Virus record (IMG/VR): IMGVR_UViG_3300037087_000757
Strand: one strand, 5' to 3'
DNA length: 64,000 bases
DNA from: an uncultured virus (IMG/VR IMGVR_UViG_3300037087_000757)
Taxonomy: Duplodnaviria > Heunggongvirae > Uroviricota > Caudoviricetes
Within the stretch, counting starts at the first letter, position 1. Each line of letters starts with the position of its first letter. This document shows, in pieces, positions 20,083-30,923 of the stretch. The notes under the pieces were generated by a model, which saw only the letters and a program-made list of their open reading frames with translations, was not told the DNA's origin and ran no database searches. The position numbers and the translations under genes are program-made.

Positions 20083-21876
20083 TTAGGCTATTTTTAATGC
20101 TGATATTCTACCAAAAGTATTAGTCATTAATATATCAACACTATCTCCTGTAGCTGGCATTGAGTTTGGTTTTGATACATCACCCACCGATGATGCAGAT
20201 GATATGTAAAGTGTATTTGAAGAAAGTAATGTAATTATAGTAGTAAGATTCCCACCATAATACCAAAATTTGGGTGAGACAGGAAATGTCAATGAAGAAA
20301 ATATAGGTATTGAGGTAAATTGTGTACTGGACCAAACTGTTGTTCCAGAAGTCCACATTTTTGTGGTTATACTTGATCCAGATTGTTGAAATTTCATTAA
20401 GAAATTCGAAGATACATACCAAGTTCCAGCATCTAAATTTATTGACATTATATCATAATATTGATTTACATTTATTAAACTAACATCCGTTGATTGTGTA
20501 ACACCACTATTTATTATCGTACCGTGTGTACCAGAAGCTCCACTTGTACCTCCTGTTGATGATGTCCCATGTGTTCCATTGGCTCCACTTGTCCCAGAAG
20601 TACCACCCGTTGAAGATGTACCGTGTGTTCCACTTACTCCACTCGAACCACTTGTTCCACCAGTTGATGATGTTCCATGTGTTCCAGATGGACCTATTGT
20701 ACCCGAAGTTCCACTCGTTGAATTTCCAGATGTTCCACTCGTTCCAACATCTCCACTTGTTCCAGAACTACCAATTGATGATGTTCCACTTGTTCCACCA
20801 GTTCCGCTCGTTCCTGTTATTCCTGATGTACCTGTTTTTCCACTGGTTGATGATGTTCCACTCGTTGAATTTCCTGATGTTCCACTTGTACCGGGACTAC
20901 CTACACCCGATGTTCCACTTGTTCCGGGACTACCTACACCCGATGTTCCACTTGTACCTATACCTGATGTTCCACTCGAACCCAAAAAAACTCCATTCAC
21001 ACCTGATGTACCAGCTGTACTCCCAAAAACATTAATATAGACGGATTCAACATATGAAATTAAATAATCACTTGATGGATTCAGCGTTCCATTTCCACTA
21101 GCAACTGTAAATCCGGTAATTTCAAATGTACTTATATCGATTTTCGAGGTACAACCTGTATATACGAGATAAAGTCCAAAATTAGAAGAGTTTAATCTAT
21201 CCTCTATTTTTAAAAGTCCAGATGAATCTTTCCATGTGTTCAGCCATCCATCCAGATCCTCATTATCAGCGTCACGTTGGCTAATTCTTATTTGATCTAA
21301 TAATACAAGATCAAAACTGGAATATAAATTTGATTTTGCATAGAAATAATTTTGTGTAGGATTACTGTTTATAGAAGTGAACAACCACCTTCTGGCAGCT
21401 CCACCATAACCCCCCGCTTGACCACTTGATCCAGAAGTACCATTTATACCTGAACTACCATAACCATCTATTCCTGATGTTCCTGATGTTCCTATAGCTG
21501 ATGTTCCTGATGTTGAACTCGTTCCACTTGAAGATGATGTTCCTGAAGTACCTTTTCCACTCGTACCCGAACTACCATTTGTTCCTTGACCACTTGTTCC
21601 ACTCGTACCACTTACACCACTCTTACCACCTGTTCCCGAAGTACCGGGATTTCCATTCTGACCAGATGTTCCAAAAGTACCATCAACACCACTCGTACCC
21701 GATGATGTAGATCCTGTAACTAAAGTTAAATAGGTTATTCCACTTTGAATATGAGTAACATTACCGTATTCATCTAATTCCCATAAACCTTTATCATCCT
21801 GACCAAGATAAATATTACCTGATTCTGGTAGTGCTATTGAATAAGGATTAATTTTTTGGATTTTTATAAAAGACAT
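20083..21876 (-). CDS. GTS-repeat fibre-like protein (MSFIK family), 597 aa
   Basis: Shared N-module, SGT stalk, GYGGAARRW domain, second stalk, C-terminal beta-rich head. Confidence 0.8.
   Translation of the reverse strand: MSFIKIQKINPYSIALPESGNIYLGQDDKGLWELDEYGNVTHIQSGITYLTLVTGSTSSGTSGVDGTFGTSGQNGNPGTSGTGGKSGVSGTSGTSGQGTNGSSGTSGKGTSGTSSSSGTSSTSGTSAIGTSGTSGIDGYGSSGINGTSGSSGQAGGYGGAARRWLFTSINSNPTQNYFYAKSNLYSSFDLVLLDQIRISQRDADNEDLDGWLNTWKDSSGLLKIEDRLNSSNFGLYLVYTGCTSKIDISTFEITGFTVASGNGTLNPSSDYLISYVESVYINVFGSTAGTSGVNGVFLGSSGTSGIGTSGTSGVGSPGTSGTSGVGSPGTSGTSGNSTSGTSSTSGKTGTSGITGTSGTGGTSGTSSIGSSGTSGDVGTSGTSGNSTSGTSGTIGPSGTHGTSSTGGTSGSSGVSGTHGTSSTGGTSGTSGANGTHGTSSTGGTSGASGTHGTIINSGVTQSTDVSLINVNQYYDIMSINLDAGTWYVSSNFLMKFQQSGSSITTKMWTSGTTVWSSTQFTSIPIFSSLTFPVSPKFWYYGGNLTTIITLLSSNTLYISSASSVGDVSKPNSMPATGDSVDILMTNTFGRISALKIA
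20519..20952. repeat. 434-bp direct repeat, copy 1 (copy 2 at 36105-36538)
   Basis: Same nucleotide sequence at constant offset 15586; shadow ORF peptides in the track are also identical. Confidence 0.9.
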
Positions 21877-21977
21877 TGATAGTCAAGTTTTCTTTTATAT
21901 ATTAAAAAATATTATGGGGAAAATTTTTTTATTCCAGAAATAGTTCGTAGTTTTGTATAACTAAAAATAGAAAATTT

Positions 21978-24146
21978 ATGAAAAAGCTAATCTTCATTCT
22001 TTTAATGACATTGATTTCAAGTATCAGTTTTTGTAATATTACATCTGACCATAATTCAAATGGACATATGTATGCTTGTGTAGGAGACACAATAAATTAT
22101 TTCAGCACTTCGGGTGGCATTTGGTCAACATTATGGTCACAGGATTGGAACATTATTGATTCGACTTCAACAACACTTAAAGTTGTTTGGACCGGTTGTA
22201 CAGCTCCATCTTGGGTAGCTTTAATTTATTGTGGAACAGACATGGATGAAGTATATATCAATCCTACTCCAATTCCAAATATATTTAAGAACAGTATTCC
22301 CATTAACTCCGATACGGTTTGTCACAATAATACAGTGACTTATTATACAGATAATAATCAATATATCGTATCTGGATCTTATCAATGGATTTATAATGGT
22401 GGAACAAAAATTGATGGTGGTAATGGATACGATAATATAGTTATAAAATGGGATGGTAATTCTAATGGAAATCTTAGTATTACATATCAATCAAATGTTC
22501 ATTCTGGTATCGTTACTTCATGTCAAGGAAAAACTGCATCAATTCCAATTGATATTAAACCATTACCAAACTCTCCGGCTATTCTTACTTCGAATCAAAA
22601 TCCATGTAAAAACGAAATAATCACTTTATACACCCAACCATCTAATTCACCATTTTATAATTGGATTATTGATGGAGTGATGTATCTTGATCATAGTAAT
22701 ACTATTAATCTTAGTTGGAATACTTATGGTCAAAAAAATATTCAAGTTCAATACATAGGTCAAAATGGATGTTTTTCGGATTATGGTTCGATAGATATTA
22801 ATGTTTCTCCACAACCAGCATCAATTACTGGTTGTTTTTATCCTTTTAAAAATCAAACGGAAACATATCAAACTGGAACTGGATTTCATTATAAATGGAT
22901 TGCCGTAAATCAAGAAGATACCACAACTTCTACCACACCAGTTTTAACTTACACATGGAATCATCCATCTTCTAATTCTTTTATTTATGTGGAATATTAT
23001 AATGGTCAAGATACAACTGAAAGTTGTAAATATAGTACAACTGTTCCAATAACAGTTTGGCCATTCAATTACATTAATATCAATGATGGTCAATCTAATA
23101 TCCATGTAAATTATAATGATTTGTCTAAATTTATCATTACTCAACCAAACATATTCAATACTAATGATAGTGTGATTTGGAACATTAATGGTGTTTTTCA
23201 AACTAAAAATATTTTTGACACATTAACTATTCAATGGGAAAATACAAACATCCAATATGTGAGTGGAAGTATCACAACGAATGATTGTAAATACTATTCT
23301 GATACCGTAAGTATCAATGTCACTCCATCTCTGTGTGTCATTACTCCAGACAGTATTTACAATCAAATTCACATTAATCCCGTAACTAACTATTCTGGAT
23401 ATTATCACATTTATAGATCTGATACAAGCTCATCTAATCTTTATCTTGGAAAAACATTAAATTTTGTTTTTACAGATACTTCTTCTGATAGGAGAACAAT
23501 GTCTTATATTTATAAAATATCAACAGAAGATACCATTCGACTTGGATTTTATCATAAAACAATTTATTTACAACAAAATCCGAACTCAGATTCAACTGGA
23601 TATAATCTTTATTGGTATAAATATAAAAATGAATCTGATGCCAATTATATCAAGAATTACGAAATTTGGAGAAGTGATGACGGTATTAATTGGGGAACAA
23701 ATCCAATTAAAACTATATCAGCTGACATATCATCAGATTTGATTCAAATGTACACTGATATACCTACTATAATGGGTGATTCAGTATCATACTATTATTA
23801 TATAGTTGGACTTCCAGATTCACCATGTCAGTTTAAATCAACTAATTCTAAATCGTCAAACATTCAAAAAATTTATTTTCATAAATTAAATTCTATCAAT
23901 GAAAAATCAATTGAATCTTTGATTATTTATCCGAACCCAACTTCTGAACAGATCAATATCAAATTAAAAAATAACAATGAAAAAATTGTCAATATATTTG
24001 ATATGAATGGGAAAAAGGTAATCGAATATAAAACAAATGATTCATTGATAAATATCAATGTACAAAATTATCCTATTGGATTATACATTGTTAAAATTAT
24101 TGATAATAATCATGTTTATTCTGGTAAATTTCAAAAAACAAATTAA
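21978..24146 (+). CDS. Secreted Ig/PKD-repeat protein with T9SS type A C-terminal sorting domain
   Basis: Sec signal peptide; Y-x-W Ig-like repeats; C-terminal IYPNPT...IFDMNGKKV...GLYIVKI...KFQK. Confidence 0.85.
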   Translation: MKKLIFILLMTLISSISFCNITSDHNSNGHMYACVGDTINYFSTSGGIWSTLWSQDWNIIDSTSTTLKVVWTGCTAPSWVALIYCGTDMDEVYINPTPIPNIFKNSIPINSDTVCHNNTVTYYTDNNQYIVSGSYQWIYNGGTKIDGGNGYDNIVIKWDGNSNGNLSITYQSNVHSGIVTSCQGKTASIPIDIKPLPNSPAILTSNQNPCKNEIITLYTQPSNSPFYNWIIDGVMYLDHSNTINLSWNTYGQKNIQVQYIGQNGCFSDYGSIDINVSPQPASITGCFYPFKNQTETYQTGTGFHYKWIAVNQEDTTTSTTPVLTYTWNHPSSNSFIYVEYYNGQDTTESCKYSTTVPITVWPFNYININDGQSNIHVNYNDLSKFIITQPNIFNTNDSVIWNINGVFQTKNIFDTLTIQWENTNIQYVSGSITTNDCKYYSDTVSINVTPSLCVITPDSIYNQIHINPVTNYSGYYHIYRSDTSSSNLYLGKTLNFVFTDTSSDRRTMSYIYKISTEDTIRLGFYHKTIYLQQNPNSDSTGYNLYWYKYKNESDANYIKNYEIWRSDDGINWGTNPIKTISADISSDLIQMYTDIPTIMGDSVSYYYYIVGLPDSPCQFKSTNSKSSNIQKIYFHKLNSINEKSIESLIIYPNPTSEQINIKLKNNNEKIVNIFDMNGKKVIEYKTNDSLININVQNYPIGLYIVKIIDNNHVYSGKFQKTN

Positions 24147-24169
24147 CATAACAAAAAAACATTCTATTC

Positions 24170-27100
24170 TTATGGATCTACTCTATAAGCTGGAAACCAT
24201 AAATCACCAGCTGGAGAATCTGAATCCTTGACTCTGATCATTCTATTAAATATCCAACCTCCTTTACCGGCGGCAGCTGATTTTCTTGGTCCAGTTAATC
24301 CAGTTTGAGCTGTAGATGTATCAGTTCCAGCAAATGTGGATATATTAAAGTTTGGATTTGTACCTGTGAATCCAGTTGATGTAACTCCAGAGAATTGAAT
24401 AAATGGATCAGCACCATTTCCAACCAGTGTTTTACTTAAATATAAAGCTGGATTTCCAACATCAGATGTAATATTAGCATAAATATAAAGTTTCGCAACG
24501 GCTGATGAAGTACCTATTCCAACTATATCCGTCTTACCATTAACATAAAATAGATTAACACCAACACTTCCTGACACATTAAAGAAGTATTTCTTTTGAT
24601 CTTTATTTATCCACATTGTAGAATTAGAGTTTGCCACATCAATATCCAACCAAGTAGCACCAGATACATCAATAAATCTCACAAGGGAATCACTCGTAGT
24701 ACCAGTAACATTGAATGTAGCTGGAAGTGTACCACCACCGACTCCTACTTTATTTCCAGAAGAACTACCATATAAAACAACATCACCAAAAAGAGTTAAT
24801 GAATCAGCTGTACTACCTGTTATATTAACATTTCCACCTGATATCGTTAAAATTCTTGGAGTTACAGTTCCACCAGTTATTGAAAATCCATCAGTATTAC
24901 AAGTTACACCTATACATAAGCTACTACCTGTTGCTGATGTTCCACTCGTTGACGAAGTTCCATGTGTTCCCCCTGCACCGCTTGTTCCGGCTGTAGAATT
25001 TAATCCACTTGTTCCACTTGTTCCTGTAGCCCCATTTGCACCACTCGTTCCACCCGTAGAGGATGTTCCATGTGTACCACCTGCACCGCTTGTTCCTGAT
25101 GTTCCTGATGTTCCTGTAGCACCATTGGCACCACTTGTTCCACTCGTTCCATTAGCTCCACTTGTCCCAGAAGTTCCCGAAGTTCCAGCGAAACTTGATG
25201 TATCAACATAAAGACTACCATCACTATTTTGTGTTTTTACAAAACCATTACTTGTTAATTTATTGAATTTAATAGTAGTTCCAGTAATACGAATAACTGT
25301 ATCACCAGCATTTGGTCCAATTTGTAAACCATCTTTTCCACTAACACCATAAATATCTGACCTATTATCAGCAAAATTACCAAAAGCACTTCTAACAAAA
25401 GCAGCTGAATAGAATTGATTACCAACTGAGGCATCTAACCAAATACTATATCCAGTAGTAGCCGGGTTTCCAGCTGTTCCAAAATATAATCTACCTTGTA
25501 AATTATCTTCTGGTGCATATCTTAATTTACCAGAATCAGTAGGGACCCATTGAGAAGTGGCACCTGACCAATATAACATTTGACCTTGGACTGTACCATT
25601 TTGTACATTACTATTTCCACTTGTTCCACCCGTAGATGATGTTCCAGCTGTTCCACTCGTTCCAGATGTACTATTTCCACTCGTTCCTGATGTTCCTGTA
25701 GCACCATTAGCTCCACTTGTACCTCCAGTTGAAGATGTTCCACTCGTTCCTGATGTTCCCGAACTTCCCGAAGTTCCTCCCGTAGAGGATGTACCGTGTG
25801 TACCAGCTGCACCACTTGTTCCACTCGTTCCATTAGCTCCACTTGTACCTCCAGTTCCACTCGTTCCATTAGCTCCACTTGTACCTCCAGTTCCCGAACT
25901 TCCACTTGTTGCTGATGTTCCTGATGTCGCTGATGTTCCTGATGTTGAGCTTGTTCCACTGGTTGATGATGTTCCTGATGTTGCTGATGTACCCGATGTT
26001 CCGCCTGTTGATGATGTCCCTGATGTCCCACTGGTAGCTGAAGTACCACTTGAACCTGAACTACCACTCGTACCACCAGTTGAGGATGTTCCATGTGTAC
26101 CTGAAGCACCACTTGTCCCACTCGTTCCATTGGCACCACTTGTGCCTCCAGTTGAAGATGTTCCTGATGTTCCTGATGTTCCTGAACTACCACTTGTCCC
26201 ACTCGTTCCATTGGCACCACTTGTTCCACTCGTTCCATTGGCACCACTTGTCCCACTCGTTCCGTTGGCACCACTTGTCCCACTCGTTCCGTTGGCACCA
26301 CTTGTCCCAGAAGTTCCCGAACTTCCACTTGTACCACCAGTTGAACTTGTTCCATGTGTACCTGAAGCACCACTTGTTCCACTCGTTCCATTGGCACCAC
26401 TTGTTCCTCCAGTTGATGATGTTCCTGATGTACCACCTGTTGATGATGTTCCTGATGTACCACCTGTTGATGATGTTCCGGAACTACCAGAACTACCACT
26501 GGTAGCTGATGTTCCCGAAGTTCCACTTGTTCCATTGGCACCACTTGTTCCACCCGTTGAACTTGTTCCATGTGTTCCAGAGGCACCACTTGTTCCACCT
26601 GTGGATGATGTTCCAGAACTACCAGAACTACCACTGGTAGATGATGTTCCCGAAGTTCCACCCGTTGATGATGTTCCACTCGTTCCTGAGGTGCCAGAAG
26701 TTGATGATGTTCCACTTGAACCAGAACTACCACTGGTGGCTGATGTACCACTGGTGCCCCCCGTAGAAGATGTACCATGTGTACCAGCGATACCACTCGT
26801 TCCACCTGTTGATGATGTACCCGAAGTACCGCTCGTAGAAGATGTTCCACTCGTTCCAGAAGTTCCACCCGTTGAACTTGTTCCACCTGTCCCTGATGTT
26901 CCATTAGCTCCACTTGTTCCTGAACTTCCACCTGTACCACTGGTAGATGATGTTCCACTTGTTCCTGTCGAACCACTCGTTCCACTTGTTCCTGAACTTC
27001 CACCTGTACCACTGGTAGATGATGTTCCACTTGTTCCTGTCGAACCACTCGTTCCACTTGTCGATGATGTTCCTGATGTTCCGCTGGATGCACTCGTACC

Positions 27101-28969
27101 AGATGTTCCACTGGTAGATGATGTTCCACTTGTTCCTGTCGAACCACTTGTTCCACTTGATGCACTTGTACCAGATGTTCCACTTGTCGATGATGTTCCT
27201 GATGTTCCGCTGGATGCACTCGAACCACTTGTTCCACTGGTAGATGATGTTCCACTTGTTCCTGTCGAACCACTTGTTCCACTGGTAGATGATGTTCCAC
27301 TTGTTCCACTTGATGCACTTGTACCAGATGTTCCTGTAGAACCACTCGTTCCACTTGTCGATGATGTTCCACTTGTTCCACTGGTTGCGTTAGTTCCACT
27401 TGTTCCACTTGATGCACTCGTACCAGATGTTCCACTGGTAGATGATGTTCCTGATGTTCCTGTCGTACCCGAAGTTCCAGTTTGACCACTCGTTCCTGTT
27501 GAACCACTTGTACCGCTTGATGCACTTGTTCCACTTGTACCAGATGTTGAAGATGTTCCATGTGTTCCTGATTGTCCGCTCGTTCCACTGGTAGATGATG
27601 TACCACTGGTAGATGATGTACCACTTGTTCCTGTCGAACCACTCGTTCCACTGGATGCACTTGTACCAGATGTTCCACTTGTTGATGATGTTCCACTTGT
27701 TGATGATGTTCCACTTGTACCTGAGGATGAACTTGTACCCGATGTTCCTGTCGAACCACTTGTTCCACTTGAACCATCTATTCCACTTGAACCATCTTTT
27801 CCACTTGTTCCAGATGACCCCGAACTACCCATTCCCGATGTACCAGATGAACCAGTACCATCTTTACCTGATGTACCAGATGAACCAGCATCACCACTCG
27901 TACCTGAACTTCCAAAAAATGTACCATCAACACCAGAAGAACCACTTGTACCGGGACTACCCATTCCACTTGTACCTGATGACCCCGGACTACCCATTCC
28001 ACTCGTACCCGAACTTCCGAAAAATGTACCATCGACACCAGAAGTACCACTTGTGCCGGGACTACCAATACCAGAAGTACCACTTGAACCAGCTGAACCA
28101 CCACCTGAACCATAATGTATAAATGAAATTAAATATTCACCATCAGCAACAATACCAACGGCACTTAAAATTTGTACTCCACTTATTTCAAAAAATGTTC
28201 CAGCTATTTCGGTTACTGTTGAACCAGTATGTATAAAGTATATACCGACAATTCCTAAATTTCTTCTATCTTCTATCTTCAACAATCCATAATTCCATGT
28301 TGATATCCAACCTTCCATCATATCATTATCGGCATCGACACGATGGAATCTCATATAATTAAAATATTTTAAATCATTACCTGTAGCTGAAATATACAAT
28401 CCACCTGTTGATGGAGTTGTATTCGATAAATCTAATATCCATCTTCTGGTAGCTCCACCGTAAGCACCATCAATACCACTACTACCACTTGTTCCCGATG
28501 AACCGTCATATCCATCTTTACCTGATGAACCAGATGTTCCATCTACTCCACTCGTACCATCTATAGCTGATGTTCCACTCGAGCCTGTTTTTCCACTTGT
28601 TCCACTGGTAGAAGAAGTACCACTTGTACCCATTCCACTCGAACCACTTGTACCCATTCCACTCGAACCACTTGTACCATTGATACCACTTTTTCCACTC
28701 GTCCCCCCTGTGCCATCTTTACCAGCTGTACCTGATGTCCCTGACATTCCACTTGATGTACTTCCAGTGATGATATAAGTTACCCCTGTGATATTATTGA
28801 TTATATAGGTGGCACCTGTACCACTTATATAAAAAATATTACCCCATTCATCCTTTTGCCAAAAACCATCAAAACCACTTGTAGAAAAATTTTGTCCTAC
28901 ATATACATGGCCGGGGTCTGGATTAGAAATTGTAGTCGGGTCAAACCTCTGAATTTTAATAAAACTCAT
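24170..28969 (-). CDS. Giant GTS-repeat fibre-like protein (MSFIK family), 1599 aa
   Basis: Shared N-module and AYGGATRRW domain; about 830 aa of near-continuous SGT/SST/GAN triplets; C-terminal VGIGT-type fibre repeats. Confidence 0.85.
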   Translation of the reverse strand: MSFIKIQRFDPTTISNPDPGHVYVGQNFSTSGFDGFWQKDEWGNIFYISGTGATYIINNITGVTYIITGSTSSGMSGTSGTAGKDGTGGTSGKSGINGTSGSSGMGTSGSSGMGTSGTSSTSGTSGKTGSSGTSAIDGTSGVDGTSGSSGKDGYDGSSGTSGSSGIDGAYGGATRRWILDLSNTTPSTGGLYISATGNDLKYFNYMRFHRVDADNDMMEGWISTWNYGLLKIEDRRNLGIVGIYFIHTGSTVTEIAGTFFEISGVQILSAVGIVADGEYLISFIHYGSGGGSAGSSGTSGIGSPGTSGTSGVDGTFFGSSGTSGMGSPGSSGTSGMGSPGTSGSSGVDGTFFGSSGTSGDAGSSGTSGKDGTGSSGTSGMGSSGSSGTSGKDGSSGIDGSSGTSGSTGTSGTSSSSGTSGTSSTSGTSSTSGTSGTSASSGTSGSTGTSGTSSTSGTSSTSGTSGQSGTHGTSSTSGTSGTSASSGTSGSTGTSGQTGTSGTTGTSGTSSTSGTSGTSASSGTSGTNATSGTSGTSSTSGTSGSTGTSGTSASSGTSGTSSTSGTSGSTGTSGTSSTSGTSGSSASSGTSGTSSTSGTSGTSASSGTSGSTGTSGTSSTSGTSGTSASSGTSGTSSTSGTSGSTGTSGTSSTSGTGGSSGTSGTSGSTGTSGTSSTSGTGGSSGTSGANGTSGTGGTSSTGGTSGTSGTSSTSGTSGTSSTGGTSGIAGTHGTSSTGGTSGTSATSGSSGSSGTSSTSGTSGTSGTSSTGGTSGTSSTSGSSGSSGTSSTGGTSGASGTHGTSSTGGTSGANGTSGTSGTSATSGSSGSSGTSSTGGTSGTSSTGGTSGTSSTGGTSGANGTSGTSGASGTHGTSSTGGTSGSSGTSGTSGANGTSGTSGANGTSGTSGANGTSGTSGANGTSGTSGSSGTSGTSGTSSTGGTSGANGTSGTSGASGTHGTSSTGGTSGSSGSSGTSATSGTSGTSSTGGTSGTSATSGTSSTSGTSSTSGTSATSGTSATSGSSGTGGTSGANGTSGTGGTSGANGTSGTSGAAGTHGTSSTGGTSGSSGTSGTSGTSSTGGTSGANGATGTSGTSGNSTSGTSGTAGTSSTGGTSGNSNVQNGTVQGQMLYWSGATSQWVPTDSGKLRYAPEDNLQGRLYFGTAGNPATTGYSIWLDASVGNQFYSAAFVRSAFGNFADNRSDIYGVSGKDGLQIGPNAGDTVIRITGTTIKFNKLTSNGFVKTQNSDGSLYVDTSSFAGTSGTSGTSGANGTSGTSGANGATGTSGTSGTSGAGGTHGTSSTGGTSGANGATGTSGTSGLNSTAGTSGAGGTHGTSSTSGTSATGSSLCIGVTCNTDGFSITGGTVTPRILTISGGNVNITGSTADSLTLFGDVVLYGSSSGNKVGVGGGTLPATFNVTGTTSDSLVRFIDVSGATWLDIDVANSNSTMWINKDQKKYFFNVSGSVGVNLFYVNGKTDIVGIGTSSAVAKLYIYANITSDVGNPALYLSKTLVGNGADPFIQFSGVTSTGFTGTNPNFNISTFAGTDTSTAQTGLTGPRKSAAAGKGGWIFNRMIRVKDSDSPAGDLWFPAYRVDP

Positions 28970-29078
28970 TTAAAAGGTGGAATTTTTACTTGTATATATT
29001 AAATTTCGAGAAACCTTTTTAATACTTCTACAATCTCTTCATCCAAAATGTTCATTTTTGATTTTTATCTTTCAACAT

Positions 29079-29144
29079 ATGAAAGTAAAAATTGTATGTC
29101 CATATCATAATGTGTTTTTTCAAGAAGCTGATAGTCATTTATAA
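29079..29144 (+). pseudogene. Remnant of a DUF723-like zinc-ribbon repeat
   Basis: MKVKIVCPYHNVFFQEADSHL, similar to the repeats in 43811-44911; ends at the IS left boundary. Confidence 0.5.
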
Positions 29145-30451
29145 AAGTCTGTCAAAAGAAAACAACGATGTCTTTAGCATCGTTGATGAATTTTGACGAA
29201 CATATTGAAATTATTTTTAGAAAAAAATGACTTTTACGATTTAATATATATTTATGGAAAAAGAAAAGTTCCATAAAGAAATGTTAAAAGCGTATAAATA
29301 CAGAATTTACCCCACACAGGAACAAAAAGAATTGATGCAACGAATTTTTGGTCAAGTAAGGTTTGTATATAATCTTGGTTTGGAAACCAAAATCACTAAC
29401 TATAATGGCAATAAGAAAAACATTGATATGTATGATTTGGTTAAACAAATCAAAGAATTAAAAGACACAGAATGTTCTTGGCTGAAAGAGTCACCATCAC
29501 AAGCATTACAAATGAGTGTAAGAAATCTGGATAATGCCTATACAAATTTTTTCAGAGGATTTGGTTTTCCTAAATTCAAAAATAAACACGGAAAACAATC
29601 ATTTCAATTACCACAGGGAGTTTGGTTATCAGAAAACAATAAACAAATATATCTTCCGAAATTAAATCTGGTTGATATAGATTTACATAGAGAATTTAAA
29701 GGTGAAATTAAAACTGTCACTGTTAGTAAAACAATAACAAATAAATATTATGTGTCTATTCTGGTTGAAAATAATATATCAAAACCAGAAAAAAAACCAA
29801 TTAAATTAGAAACCAGTGTTGGTATAGACCTTGGAATCAAAGATTTCGTTATCACATCAGATGGAAAGAAATTCGAGAACAAAGATTTCTTTAAATCTGT
29901 GATGAAAAAACTTCGTATAGAACAAAGGTCACTATCAAGAAAAAAGAAAGGTAGTAATCATTATCTAAAACAAAAAATGGCGGTCGCCTTACTTCACGAA
30001 CATATCAGAAATCAAAGACATGACTATTTACATAAAATATCAAAATATCTGGTAGATAACTACGATACAATTTGTATGGAAAATCTTAATGTGTCTGGAA
30101 TGGTCAAAAATCATAATTTAGCGAGAGCCATATCAGATATGGGATGGAATGAGTTCAAATCAATGGTTGAATATAAATGTGATTGGTATGGAAAAAATGT
30201 AAGTGTGATTGGTAGATTTGACCCATCCAGTAAAACCTGTAATGTTTGCGGAACAATCAACAAAGACCTTAAACTATCTGATAGGGAATGGACTTGTAAG
30301 AAATGTAGTTCAATTCACGACAGAGATACCAACGCCGCGTTAAATATAAGAAATTTTGGGTTGAGGAACAAACCCAGCGTCACTCAAAGTGAATGGTTAC
30401 ATTGTGCTTGTGGCGTAGAAACTACGACATCTTTAGTGTCGTAGTAGTTCA
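29143..30451 (+). mobile_element. Non-autonomous IS200/IS605-family (IS1341-like) element
   Basis: Left hairpin CAACGATG-TCTTTAG-CATCGTTG (29163-29185), right hairpin ACTACGACA-TCTTTAG-TGTCGTAGT (30421-30445) followed by TTCA; TTTAT precedes the left end; no target-site duplication seen. Confidence 0.8.
29254..30444 (+). CDS. tnpB: RNA-guided endonuclease TnpB
   Basis: KAYKYRIYPT, GIDLG, MENL, CNVC...CKKC, DRDTNAA; catalytic D/E/D intact. Confidence 0.95.
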   Translation: MEKEKFHKEMLKAYKYRIYPTQEQKELMQRIFGQVRFVYNLGLETKITNYNGNKKNIDMYDLVKQIKELKDTECSWLKESPSQALQMSVRNLDNAYTNFFRGFGFPKFKNKHGKQSFQLPQGVWLSENNKQIYLPKLNLVDIDLHREFKGEIKTVTVSKTITNKYYVSILVENNISKPEKKPIKLETSVGIDLGIKDFVITSDGKKFENKDFFKSVMKKLRIEQRSLSRKKKGSNHYLKQKMAVALLHEHIRNQRHDYLHKISKYLVDNYDTICMENLNVSGMVKNHNLARAISDMGWNEFKSMVEYKCDWYGKNVSVIGRFDPSSKTCNVCGTINKDLKLSDREWTCKKCSSIHDRDTNAALNIRNFGLRNKPSVTQSEWLHCACGVETTTSLVS

Positions 30452-30645
30452 TTACGACCATAACATTTTGGACAACCCTTACCAGAAAAATGATGATGTG
30501 GTTTTTGTTCAAAAACACCATGTTTTAAACAAATAATTTTAACTTTTGTATAATTATTTTTATATTCTACCAAGGAATAATCATATTCATCACCGTGACT
30601 TTTTCTCGATTTTTCAATAAATTCTTTTTGGGTTAATTTTCTCAT
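30433..30645 (-). CDS. Single DUF723-like zinc-ribbon repeat protein; 3' end runs into the IS
   Basis: EFIEKS..HGDEYDYSLVEY...KVKIICLKHGVFEQ.P.HH..G.GCPKC; no nuclease domain. Confidence 0.65.
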   Translation of the reverse strand: MRKLTQKEFIEKSRKSHGDEYDYSLVEYKNNYTKVKIICLKHGVFEQKPHHHFSGKGCPKCYGRNELLRH

Positions 30646-30923
30646 AAAAATTATCTATTTTTTCACTATTCTTACTTACCTTGTATATATAAAAAAAGAG
30701 TTATAGGAATTTACCAAGCTCTTTTATTTTTATGTAATGAATCGAAAACACAAAATCTTCAATTTAGTTTTCCATCCACAATGGTAAATTACCACTATCT
30801 TTTTAGCATCGTGGATGAATTTTAATGAACAGGATATCAGTAGGATGCTGATTACGAAAGACCAATTTTGACAAGATTTTATAAATCTGAAATGTGAAAT
30901 TTAATATATAAGAAAAACAATCA

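Noticed and set aside
29079..30645. Inversion around the IS605-type element, since the flanking DUF723-like fragments face opposite ways
   Set aside because: Removing the element gives the minus-strand ORF a stop within one or two codons, so a simple insertion explains the arrangement.
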